From positions 67,491,212-67,545,901 of the forward strand of contig NC_068991.1 of assembly GCF_001194135.2 (NCBI RefSeq): a DNA stretch of 54,690 nucleotides. Direction: 5' to 3'. Source of the stretch: Octopus bimaculoides (Eukaryota). Shown one piece after another: positions 22,482 through 34,704 of the stretch. Position numbers and translations under genes: made by a program. Numbering within the stretch: the first letter of the stretch is position 1; each line of letters opens with the position of its first letter. The notes under the pieces are model-generated. The model was not told the origin of the DNA. It ran no database searches and saw only the letters and a list, made by a program, of their open reading frames with translations.

Positions 22482-24115
22482 CACATATACACTTTGTGTA
22501 TTGAAGCTACCATTGGTTTCATGCTAAAAAAAGCCCTCAACAATTATTAAACCTATTGCATGGAACATTGGTGCATATCTCGATTTTGGATTAAAACATG
22601 TGACTTTTATTGTGATTTTATGCTACTTTCATTGTTTCAATCCAAAATGGAGACAAACACTGATGCTCCATGCAATAAGGCTTGATAATTGTGGAGGGAT
22701 TCTTTCACATGAAACTAATGGTAGCCTTAATACACAAATAAAAAGATCTTTTATCTACCAATGCGGTATTAAGCACTCATTCTCATTGTTCAATATCTAC
22801 ATCTATCTATCTATCTATCTATCTATTAGTAACAGAAAAAAATGCCATTATGATATTGAAATAAGAATAATCATTTTACTGGACTTGAACCAACAAAACA
22901 GAAATAGAGAAATATAGACCCCCCCCCCAAAAAAAAAAACAAAGAAAAACCCACACATACACAGAGAAAAAGACATATTAGGAGTCCATGGGAGAAAAGG
23001 ATTTTATTTTCTGAAATAATAAATATAACGAAAACAAACTTCATTTTTGTACGATGTCCCAAACTGTAGCAGTCTTCAAAACTAATACTAATCAATATAT
23101 TTAAATGTTTTAAATAAATTTTAATTATCCAAGGTTATCTTTTCATCATCATTATAATAATAATAATAATAATACCACAAATGTATGAAGCGATGTTAAA
23201 AAAAAAAAAAGAGACTGGTTGAAAACAAGTTTAAATTCCTTCCAATTCCCAAACTGCAGTTGGGTGTTGGTGGTAGGTGAAACCTTTTATGTTACAGCAG
23301 ACTTTGGTAAGATCTATTTTCAGAAAGTGAATGTCCCAATGAATACTTTGTCCTCATGAAATAAATGGCAGATTTATTTTCAGACTTCATAACCAGAACA
23401 AACAAAATTTTAGAAATGTCTACAATCAATGGAAGAAGGAAGTTTGAGAGAGACAAAAGCAACAATGAACAAATAAAGCACCTAGACACTATATATATAT
23501 NNNNNNNNNNNNNNNNNNNNNNNNNNNNNNNNATATATATAATTAATGTTAAATCTTTTAATATAAATAACAATAAACATTATACTTTTCATGTTTAAAA
23601 AATATATAATGTTTAATATTTCATATAACACAAGCACACACACATATATATATAATGATGATTTTCATAATTTATTTCTGCAGGTCCACCTTGCCAAGTT
23701 TTACAAATGTTTGCTACAAAATTCTTAAAAGTCAGAAGATTGACACATATGTTTGCTCCAGAGATAATTTAAATTATATAAATATTTCTTCTGTATTTCT
23801 TAGCTGTGGTGAATTTGTGCTCAAAGTAAGGAAATTGGAAAAACTTTAGTAATAATTAAACCACACAACACCCCTCCATGCTACCAGCTGAGCTACTTTG
23901 AGAAGCCAAGAGCTATAGTTCTTTATTGAGGTGAACAGAAGAAATGGTGCTATATGCTTATTGGTAAGAGTAAAACCATTATGGCTAAGCTATTTCTAGT
24001 AGCAAAACTATACTATAAGCTAGTTTATACAAGTCTATAATATTTTTGTCTAGTATCAAGTGCTGTTTACAACTAATATCAGAGAAATGCTTGGTGCTAG
24101 ACATCTGTTCTATAT

Positions 24116-24806
24116 CAAGGGTCACCAAACTTTTTTCACAGCAAGCCAGATAACTGAGAGAATGATGAGTGTGGACCACATAACCATTTTGTTCAATACA
24201 ATACAATGAATACACAAAAACCTAAAGACAACCAGCATATTTATTTACCAAAAAACTATCAAAGAAGGTGACGTTAGCAATAAGATTGTGTTGTGTCAAC
24301 GCCCCCAAGCGAAGAAGTAGGATCGCCCAAGACATATAAATAGAGGTAGTCTGGCCATGGTAGGAGTGTTGAGTAGTGGTTGAGTAGAGATCATCCGAAG
24401 GTGCTAGATAGCAGTAGCTTGAGACATAACAGATTGTTATATCACACCCAGTGTACACGTATCTGAATTTCACAAACTAAGCAGCAAAAAAGGTTGCTGA
24501 GATTTGTGAAACTGGTGTTTAACTTTTAAGATATCATCAATATTTGCTTTGGAATTGTTGCATCCAACCAAAAGAATTGCTTTCAAATGTTCATCAGTCA
24601 ACCTTGTTCGATGTGCTGACTTTACATCCTTCATTTTTGAGAATGTTTGCTCACAGATATAAGTTGTTCCAAACACTGATGCAAACCAGAGGCAAATGAA
24701 CTCTCATTGTAGGTACTTACACAAAAGGTACTGTGCATTAGCGGGCCAGATGAACTGACCCCCACAGGCCAGATCTGGCCCATGAGCTGTATTTTGGTGA
24801 CCCCTG
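24116..24806 (-). mobile_element. Non-autonomous hAT (Buster/Charlie/SPIN-type) deletion derivative
   Basis: 14-bp TIRs CAAGGGTCACCAAA / TTTGGTGACCCCTG; 8-bp TSD TTCTATAT / TTCTATAC; transposase C-terminal dimerisation remnant VFGTTYICEQTFSKMKDVKSAHRTRLTDEHLKAIL at 24470-24676. Confidence 0.88.
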
Positions 24807-25821
24807 TTCTATACTATATTCTGATTGTGATTGGCTCTTTGAAGGGCAGGTAACTGTTAAAAATTTTCAGGACAACTCCTTAGATTTTACTAAACAATAT
24901 TATTTAAAGAAATATGGCCAGGCAGACCTGTCTAAGTCCTGCAAGCTTTATAAAATAGATATTAAGTGAAATGATGGTGATGATGATGATGATGATGATG
25001 ACAATACTGATTATGTACTTGTAATTAGTTCATTCTTGAACATCTGATGGTTTGTAAAGTATGAAGAATTTTGTGACATGAGCAACTTAACAGAAGACAA
25101 AAATTTTCAGCCTCAAGAACCTGATAAATAATTCCATAGATTTTTTTTTATTTTAGTAGAAATAACCTAGCAATTTAGTACTAGACATTTCTTTAGTTTT
25201 ATATATCTACTTCATTTCACAGTATGACTAGTTAATATTTTCTCTCTTATAATAATGCAACATTAAATAAAATTGATCATGAAAATCAATAAAAACAATT
25301 CAAAATTAACACATATACATACTCAAAAATATTCGCAAATAGGCAATGCACCAAGTTTCAAAATGATGAACTGTTTAAATTTTTATACCTAAAAATCATG
25401 AAATAGCACAATTGAATAATCTTTGTACATTCCACCAGAAATCCAGATCCTGGTATGTCTGAGATATCTTAAGAGTATAAATATTAGTTGACTATTTCAT
25501 GAGAAAGCATGTGCTTCATAGACACTACAAAACATTTAGATTTTGTTTTTATTTTCCTTTCTAAACCATTGATCAAAATATTTTCAAGGAATCGGAATTG
25601 GTCACAGCTTTAAATCGACAAAGAAGTCGATGCAATGTAAAGAATTTTCTGTACAATCTGTAAAATTTGGTTTCAATCATATACATTGTATTGGAATAAC
25701 TTTTCAATTGAAGATTTTTATAGATGCAGTGAATAATTCTGACAGTCAAGACAGTGACATAGAAGAAATATTCCTTTAAGTAGTTGGAGGAGAGAAGGTC
25801 GTTAGTTAGTGTGTGTGTGTG

Positions 25822-25860
<39 letters not shown>

Positions 25861-25868
<8 letters not shown>

Positions 25869-25965
25869 AAAGTTTTAAATTTAAATTTAAGAGAGATTTG
25901 ACGCTAATATCCATTATTATTGTAATTTATTCCTCTTAAATTTAAATTTAAAACTTTGGATATAT
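25861..25965. repeat. Perfect 33-bp inverted repeat, 39-nt loop
   Basis: ATATATCCAAAGTTTTAAATTTAAATTTAAGAG ... CTCTTAAATTTAAATTTAAAACTTTGGATATAT; directly after (TA)n. Confidence 0.85.
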
Positions 25966-27173
25966 AAACAAGGAGAATGAACCCTAAGAAGTCTAATTTA
26001 GACTTTTTTGCGGTGAAATCTCTTGCTATATTGGTAACGATTACATGGTTTTCTATGAAAAATTATATATATATATATGTACACACACACATACAAATTA
26101 CATGTGGCAAGTAAGCGAGTGATAAGATTACTTAACAGCTTTCCTTTCTTTTCTGGTTATAGTATCACAGATTGAAAATAATTTTAATTCACATAAACAA
26201 CAAAATTTGTTAAAACAAATTATCAAAATAAATTTTAAAACACCATTGTATGAAATAGAAGCTTAATCTACTTTGAAATTTCGATTCCAGTTAAGAATCA
26301 TTCTTCTTCTTTTCCTTTTTCTTCATCTCTTCCTCCTCCTCCTCGTTCTTTTGTCTTCCCCCATCATAAATCATTATTATTATCATCATAATACAAATCC
26401 TCATTTTAGCAACAGCCTTTTTAGACAGGCAATGCTGTTTCAAAATGAAAAAATATTAGCATGTAACTGAAAAAAATGATCACAATAAAATATTCCTGCA
26501 CAAGGATTGTCAAAAATAAATACATGAAAAAAAAAAAATTGTAAAATAATATTTGTAAAAAAAAAAAAAAAAATGAAAGCAAAATATCTGAATGCAAAAT
26601 ATAAAAATAAATTGATCATTTTGTAAATAACATATTGATACAATAAAAGAATATGAGCTTGGGTTTGTAATTATCAGCCAGTGATATTAGCAATAAAAGG
26701 TCTGGAATGATAATGGGCAATGTTTATAATTTATGTTGTCGTTGAAATTTTCTCATAAACTTGAGAAAGCAGAAAATTTATCTGTTATTTCCAGATGCAG
26801 TAGTTCTAAAGATATAAAATTTGTCAGTTATTCCAAGAAACAGTTCTAGAAGTACGAATTTGATAATTATTCCTAGAAACAATTCTAAAGATACAAATTT
26901 GTCGAGTTATTCCTGGATAAATTCTTTAAGAAGGAGGCATTGACATTCTGGAGAAGAATTTACAAGAAATAAGTTAACCAGGATTGCAACTCAGATGTAA
27001 TAATTCTACAGGTGAACCACATCATTTGACAAAATATGATATAATTGGTTTGCCGGTGAAAGCAGCTTGATTCTGTAAGGGACTTTAAGCATGACATAAA
27101 TAGAAAATTGATAGAAAGACATGGTCTATGTATGGGCTCAGTAGATTAAATGTGTGTGTGTGTGTATGAGAGA

Positions 27174-27231
<58 letters not shown>

Positions 27232-28164
27232 TGATTTTCAGTATACCTTTCAATTGAGAAATTGAAGTTATTTTTAATGGCTACGTCAAGTATCCTTTCT
27301 CTTCTACCATTTGAAAGATTTTATATACATTGTGTGTATGTGTGTGTATATATATATAAATATATATATATATACACACATACACAGATACATGTGCATA
27401 TGTAAGAGTATATATATATAAATACACACACAAACACAGGAGAGATGGACCAACACCATTATTATCATTATTATTATTAATATTATTATTATTATCATTG
27501 TTGTCCCAAATCTACAAAGACATCAACTTACTGATTATTTTTTTTTCTATTAAGTGATGAGAATTTTATACACAAATAAACCACACCCGTGTGTTGAGTA
27601 TATTTTTTCCTTTCAGATTTGTACATCGAAACACTCTCTCACATACACACGCGCGCATGCGCACACATGCACACATACATCTATGTAAATATGCATGTAC
27701 AAGTGTGTGTGTGTGTGTGCACACATATATCTACATTAATATAGGGCTGTGAGGAGCTGTATGCAATAACATGATTGTTAAAGAGAGATGAAATGAATAC
27801 ACACAATGATTATATATCTGACATAAGCCGTTTTTGCAAATGCCTTTCGTGCCGCATATAGCCTTCTTTTTCTTCTTATTGTCTCCAATCGATTGCAGTG
27901 CTAACGAGTACCCAGAGTTCAAAGGTCAAGGTCAGTGGGACAGAGATAAGCGGAAAAGGGAAGAAGCCAGGGATCTGTGTGAAGAATGCTGCAAACAAGA
28001 CAGATTTACATTTTGTGATTTTGGAACAGTTATTAATCACACGCATACACAAATGCACACACGCATATTTACATGTTATTCTACGTCCATGATTATTTGC
28101 ATGTGTGTATGTAAGTGTTGTGTGTGTTTGTATGTGTGTGAGTGCGTGTGCATATAATTATATA

Positions 28165-28299
28165 TATATTTATATAAGGGGCATTACTACAGAATAATGC
28201 CACACACTGGACTTTCCAAAATAAACACATTTAGTACCAAATGCGAGGAAAAAACAGTGTGTGGCATTATTCTGTAGTAATTCCCCTTATATAAATATA
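28165..28299. repeat. 45-bp inverted repeat (1 mismatch), 45-nt loop
   Basis: GGGGCATTACTACAGAATAATGCCACACACTG ... CAGTGTGTGGCATTATTCTGTAGTAATTCCCC with TA-rich extensions on both sides. Confidence 0.85.
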
Positions 28300-28524
28300 A
28301 ACGAATAATTATATTCTTGGGAATAGAAATTTCCCTTACGAATTTTTCTACACACTGGCTTCCTGATAAAATTCTTGTAAAAGATTTTTATCCTATTATT
28401 GAATTTATCAATCAAACATATATATATATATATGTATATGAAAATGTGTGTACATGATTGTGTATGTATATGTGTAATTGTGAGTACATGATTGTGTGTG
28501 TGTGTGTAATTATGTGTATGATTG

Positions 28525-28572
<48 letters not shown>

Positions 28573-28741
28573 TATACAGCCACAAACACCCAAATGCACA
28601 CACACCCACTTCTTTTAATTTTTGTTTATGGGGAAATGTTTTGAATATGCAAATAAAGCTCCCATTCCATTATGCTGGCCACTGTCTAATGATGCTGACT
28701 AGTGAACCAGCTTTATGGGGTTGCATTGAACTCAAGGTTTA

Positions 28742-28775
<34 letters not shown>

Positions 28776-28949
28776 TATATATGTTGGTAAAGACAAACAG
28801 TAACAGGAGTGGATGGGAGTAAATGAACAGAGTGTCAGGAAATGGGAAGTTGTAGGGGTGTATATGTGTGTGTGTGTTGCTGTGGTTTAACCCCAGGTCA
28901 ACCCCTATCAAGCAGAACCTACAAGCAATGAGACATTCCAGCAATCCCA

Positions 28950-29550
28950 TCTTCCTGGATCTCTGACTACATAACATAATCCAATGTGTCCTTCCTGTTT
29001 TCAAAAAAGAAGGTAGAAATTTGGCTGTTATTTCTAGCAGGTCAAAGATCTTCCTGTATCTCAATAATTACGTTACACAATCCAATGTGTCCTTCCTGTT
29101 TTTAAAAAAGAAGGTAGAAATTTGGCTGTTATTTCTAGCAGATCAAGGATCTTCCTGTATCTCAATAATTACGTAACATAATCCAATATGTCCTTCCTGT
29201 TTTTAAAAAAGAAGGTAGAGATTTGGCTGTTATTTCTAGCAGGTCTTGGATCTTCCTGTATCTCAATGACTACGTAACATAATCCAATGTGTCCTTCCTG
29301 TTTTTAAAAAAGAAGGTAGAAATTTGGCTGTTATTTCTAGCAGGTCAAAGATCTTCCTGTATCTCAATGATTACGTAACTAATCCAATGTGTCCTTCCTG
29401 TTTTTAAAAAAGAAGGTAGAAATTTGGCTGTTATTTCTAGCAAGTCAAGGATCTTCCTGTATCTCAATGATTACGTAACATAATCCAATGTGTCCTTCCT
29501 GTTTTTAAAAAGACGGTAGAGATTTGGCTGTTATTTCTAGCAGGTCAAGG
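28950..29550. repeat. Tandem array of ~5.8 x 101-bp units
   Basis: The unit marker CCAAT(G/A)TGTCC recurs at 28981, 29082, 29183, 29284, 29384 and 29485. Confidence 0.92.
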
Positions 29551-29652
29551 GTTACTTATATACATGTGTGTTTTGTTTGTATGTGTGTGAGTGTGTGTGT
29601 GTGTTTGTGTGTGTAAATGGGCGGCGGCGGCGGTAGTGGTGGTGGTAGGTAA

Positions 29653-29810
29653 TTATACAATTTCCCAATCATCGTCCATTGTCGATTGGTCCAGCAGGTC
29701 AGCAGGTGCGGCAGGCATTGCTGATTGACGTTTGCGATAAATAAACTTCGTGTGATGACGATACAGCTGTAGTTCTTTACTGATTGCCCACAGCTCATTA
29801 GACGGAGACG
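29653..29810 (-). CDS. TECPR2: TECPR2 terminal exon with C-terminal LIR motif and stop
   Basis: ttacag acceptor. ASPSNELWAISKELQLYRHHTKFIYRKRQSAMPAAPADLLDQSTMDDDWEIV*. The 14 exons total 4359 nt, an exact multiple of 3. The ORF track shows a different, spurious frame here. Confidence 0.92.
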
Positions 29811-30257
29811 CTGTAACGAGAAACACAAATGTAAGACAATGTAGAGAATGACAGACCGAGATAGATAGATGGATAGATAGATAGATACATTTCTTTTATT
29901 AGCCACACAGGGCTCAACGAAGATGGGACAAATACAATGTAGAGCTTTTCTTTTTGGGAGGGGGAAGTAAGGAAAAAAANNNNNNNNNNGGAAGGGAAAA
30001 AGGGGGAGTTCGATCAAAAGGGATCGGAAAAAAAAAAAAAAAAAGGGGAAAGGCCGATCAATAGGGATCGTGTATCACACAGTAATGTTCTCGTGTAAAA
30101 GGAGGGGAGGACAGTTTAGGTTTAGCCGTGGAAAGAAAAGCCTACGGAAAAGACCACGGTAACCTTGGTCAATATTCTCATTGAAGAAACTATAACAGTA
30201 AGTGACTCTCTTTTGCCTTTTTGTTTTATTTTTTTTTCTTGGATTTTTTTTAGGCAG

Positions 30258-30288
<31 letters not shown>

Positions 30289-30615
30289 GGTAGGTAGATA
30301 GATAGATGGATAGATAGGTAGATAGATAGATACAGTAATTAACTTATGGGGAAGAAATATGTTATATAATTGCAGCAGAAGAGGCAGAAAAGACATGACA
30401 TAGCTTAATGACAAGCCAGTTGTTGAAGGATGTTGGTGGATGTGGTCTTGTCTAATAGACAGCTTGAATAATGTGTGTGTGTGCGTGTGTGAGTGTGTAT
30501 TTGGTTGGCGCAATATTACAGATATGTGGGGTAGACTCCAGATAGATCATATCTACGTCATTTTAAAGTCAGCTTGCTACTGAAGGTTAGAGTACTTTAA
30601 AAATTCAAAACTTAC

Positions 30616-30765
30616 CTGATAGAAAAGAAAATACGCCAGGTATTTTCTTCCAGTAATCTCCACCTCGGTTAGCAATAGAGACGCCAAGTCTATGCAATAT
30701 TTCTCCCTCAGGATTTAGGGCCCAGACAGTTAACTTGCTTATACTTAACTGATTTGCAGGGGTAC
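30616..30765 (-). CDS. TECPR2: TECPR2 exon 13 (TECPR repeat)
   Basis: GTPANQLSISKLTVWALNPEGEILHRLGVSIANRGGDYWKKIPGVFSFLS; donor GTAAGT. Confidence 0.92.
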
Positions 30766-31194
30766 CTAAAGAGAAAGACACAAATTCAAGCATTTGATTA
30801 CTAGACAATCAGTATTAAGACGTGGTTATAACGTCATGTGGTCATCATATAGTGAAAATGGTGCTAGATATTAACTGAACGGTTTAATGGTTTCAACTAA
30901 AAGTCAATATGACAACCTCTCAAAATACAACCAAGGGTTTTAAAGAATGACTGCAGCATGGTTGAGGATTAAGAGTTTTGCCTCACAAACACAAGGTCTT
31001 AGATTTAATCTCACATCTTGGGTAAGTGTCTTTTATCATTGCCTTGAATCACCTCAATTCATGATAATTACCATCATTTTTTAACCCTTTACTATTTAAA
31101 CTAACCTTCATCTTTTAACCCTTTACCATTTAAACCAGTCATATCCGGCCAAAATATTTTACCTGTTTTAGGGTTCAAACTGGTTAGATCTTAT

Positions 31195-31425
31195 TTCTTT
31201 ATTGCCCACAAGGGGCTAAACATAGAGGGGACAAACAAGGACAGACAAAGGGATTAAGTCGATTACATCGACCCCAGTGCGTAAATGGTACTTAATTTAT
31301 CGACCCCGAAAGGATGAAAGGCAAAGTAAACCTTGGCGGAATTTGAACTTAGAACGTAATGGTAGACAAAATACCGCTAAGCATTTCGCCTGGCGTGCTA
31401 ACGTTTCTGCCAGCTCACTGCCTCT
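31195..31425 (-). mobile_element. SINE family D copy
   Basis: Same central segment and tRNA-like end as 6081-6290. Confidence 0.78.
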
Positions 31426-31515
31426 AATACCTATGCTACAACATCATTCTAAATATAAACAATCACATTATTGAAATCTCAAAGCTATGAGATTATGCAC
31501 GATTAATTGTTGTTT

Positions 31516-31884
31516 GTTGGCACTCCGTCGAGGGTTCCAGTTGATTCGATCAACAGAACAGCCAGCTCATGAAATTAACATGCAAGTGGCTGAGCACTCC
31601 ACAGACATGTGTACCCTTAACGTAGTTCTCGGGGATATTCAGCGTGACACAGTGTGACAAGGCTGACCCTTTGAATTACAGGCACAACAGAAACAGGAAG
31701 TAAGAGTGAGAGAAAGTTGTGGTGAAAGAGTACAGCAGGGTTCGCTACCATCCCCTGCCGAAGCCTCGTGGAGCTTTAGGTGTTTTCGCTCAATAAACAC
31801 TCACAATGCCCGGTTTGGGAATCGAAACCGCGATCCTATGACTGCGAGTCTGCTGCCCTAACTACTGGGCCATTGCGTCTCCAC
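31516..31884 (-). mobile_element. SINE family C copy
   Basis: Full-length reverse-complement match to 7490-7873. Confidence 0.85.
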
Positions 31885-32444
31885 ACAATTAATTGAAACA
31901 GTGTGAATAAATAAGCATTGCATTTAACAGTAATCGGAATGCTAAAGGTTTAATGTTCATCTTTGATGCTGGTATGTGATGGATGCTTTGACTGGACCTG
32001 ATGTGTCTGAGGACTGCACTACGCTGCAATAATCTGCTTTGGCATGGTTTTTACAGTTGAATGCCCTTCCTAATGCCAACCACCTTACAGAGGATACTGA
32101 GGGCATTCTTCCTTGGCACCAGCATGAGTGAAGTTGCCTTTCACAAGGTACAACCTTACCACACACTGAATTTTGCTAATCCTACCTGAGAATTACACTA
32201 AAGGTGCAGGAGTCCCCACAGGCTGTTTCAATGAGCAGGTAGTGCAGATGATTGAGTATACGAATCTTTATTATTGAAACCAATAGAGATCTTGCTTTTA
32301 CTTGCTCTACTTTCCTAAATTCTATGATGCAGACCCAGATGTACCACATCTGAGAATCAAAAAAGTGGGAAAGCTGCTCATGGGTGCTAGCACTCTTTTG
32401 ATCAGAAGTCTGTTAGATCAAAGCTAATCCTGGAACTACACAAC

Positions 32445-32880
32445 AAAACATACATACATACATACACAATCATGCACACATACACACACACACAAATCTG
32501 CACATACAATTACTTACATACACACATATATATCTAATCATGCACACACAATTACTTATACACATATATATCTACACACACACACATATCTATACATACA
32601 CACACATATATATATCGACACACACAAACACAATCATGCACACACAATTACTTATACATACACGCACATACACATATATCTACACACACATATATCTACA
32701 CATACACACACACATATCTATACATACATACACACATATCTACACACACACACACATATCTACACACACAAACACAATCATACACACACAATTACTTATA
32801 CACATGCATGCACATACATCTACACACACACATACATATGCAAGTATATACATGTGCTTATCTATACACACACTCACATC
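32445..32880. repeat. CA/TA-rich compound microsatellite with ~70-bp internal repeats
   Basis: CACACAATTACTTATACA recurs several times. Confidence 0.85.
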
Positions 32881-32924
32881 TCAGTTATATAAATTAAACA
32901 AACAGCAAACAAATGTAAACTCAC

Positions 32925-33015
32925 CAGTAACCTGGCACCATTTCGTTCCAATAGACATTTTATCTGAAATACCATCCCTCATATACACTTGCTTTCGGTT
33001 GTCAATGGCCCAAAC
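32925..33015 (-). CDS. TECPR2: TECPR2 exon 12 (TECPR repeat)
   Basis: VWAIDNRKQVYMRDGISDKMSIGTKWCQVT; ttcag acceptor, G|GTGAGT donor. Confidence 0.92.
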
Positions 33016-33501
33016 CTGAAATGGAAAAACACCAAACTCACCCTTAATCACATGGATACAGTTTATTCCAGTCCTCGCGACGTTACGAGAAAGACGTGTT
33101 CTGATCAGGAGCGATCGTGTACCCCGCTGCGGTCGGCAAGGTAAGGTCCAACGTTTCATTCTGTCCTTTTGCTTCTTGTTGTCTTCTTCCTCCATCTCAC
33201 CACAGTCACACTTATATTCTTTTCAAAATTCAACAACACACCTGAACAGGTTACACTGTGGCACACTTAGCATTGTCTTGTGACACACCAGTGTGCCATG
33301 ACATACTGGTTGCGGTGCACTGGTTTATTCTATGCTGCTAGTAATTTCTGCATTATAACAATGCTCATTTGAATTCTTTCACAACCATTTTACTAATACT
33401 TTCCTGGTTGATGGAATAGTTTATTGTTGAGGGTAAATATTTTGCTTGACTACACACTTACAATGCTCAAAGGATTTTTCAAACAATACACACTTATATA
33501 T

Positions 33502-33862
33502 GTCGTGGCACTCCGTCGGTTACGACAACGAAGGTTTATCCGATCAACAGAACAGTTTGCTTGTGAAATTAACATGCAAGTGGCTGAGCACACCACAGAC
33601 ACGTGTACCCTTAATGTAGTTCTTGGGGAAATTCAGCATGACACAGAGTGTGACAAGGCTGGCCCTTTGAAATACAAGTACAACAGAAACAGGAAGAAAG
33701 AGTGAGAGAAAGTTGTGGTAAAAGAATACAGCAGGGTTTGCCACCAGAGCCTTGTGGGTGTTTTCACTCAATAAACACTCACAACGCCTAGTCTAGGAAT
33801 TGAAACTACGATCCTACGACCATGAGTCTGCTGTCCTGACCACTGGGCCATTGCACCTCCAC
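33502..33862 (-). mobile_element. SINE family C copy (more diverged)
   Basis: Reverse-complement match to 7490-7873. Confidence 0.8.
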
Positions 33863-34403
33863 TCATATGTATATATATATACAAAAAGGTAAAGACCTCT
33901 TTGATCATGAATGACCATGGGATGCACCTAGAAAATTCCCCTCTGAGGCACAAGTCTGGTCAAGGTTGTTTGTGAAAGAGCAGCAGCTGCCCATGCATAC
34001 TAGCCTCCCCTCTAATCAAAGGTCTGCCTGGTCAGGCCTTATGTGAAGTTAAACAATAACATCCTCTGTCACACATTTAAACTATGTTTGTCTTTGAATT
34101 CCACAAGATGGGTCCTTTGTAAATCCCAAGTTCTCTTTCAGTTTTTCCTGGAGACAGAACATATTTATTTACCAATAAATATGGGTGGGAGGAGGTGCCT
34201 GGCATTTTCCTGACAAGGATTTGTCTGGGTATTCTGCCTATGGAGACGACATATTTCAGCAGTACTTAGGTACCACCCAGTCAGCTTTGGGAATGATATA
34301 TGTGTTTATAGGTGTGTGGAAACATTCAGACACACACACACATAAATACAGATTCAAGTACACACACAAACACATGTATAAATAAAGTGACAGATCAACT
34401 TAC

Positions 34404-34597
34404 CATCCAGTTCTCAGGTCCAGCTATTACATGAGTGAAACATATACCATTGGGCTCCGGGTCCACCTGGAGCCAGACAGGCGTGAATACAGTATGAGAC
34501 GGAGGATGCACTCCAAACTTGTGGTAGACGCTGCCTTTGTTATCCACAGCCCAGATACAGTCACTGCCGCAGGAAAGATGGGTAAAGAAATTGTTTC
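34404..34597 (-). CDS. TECPR2: TECPR2 exon 11 (TECPR repeat; not in ORF track)
   Basis: NNFFTHLSCGSDCIWAVDNKGSVYHKFGVHPPSHTVFTPVWLQVDPEPNGICFTHVIAGPENWM; donor GTAAGT. Confidence 0.92.
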
Positions 34598-34667
34598 CTA
34601 AGAGGAGAGAGAGCAGGGATATACAGATGTGAAAGAAAGGTGTGCTTTCTGGGTGCAGGTGAAATAA

Positions 34668-34704
<37 letters not shown>

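Noticed and set aside
28950-29550. Regular array with palindromic units, superficially CRISPR-like
   Set aside because: Units are contiguous 101-bp repeats with no unique spacers, no cas genes, and a eukaryotic intron-exon context.
29556-30017. 153-aa minus-strand ORF over the TECPR2 end
   Set aside because: Wrong frame; the spliced frame gives the tectonin repeat end and LIR motif.
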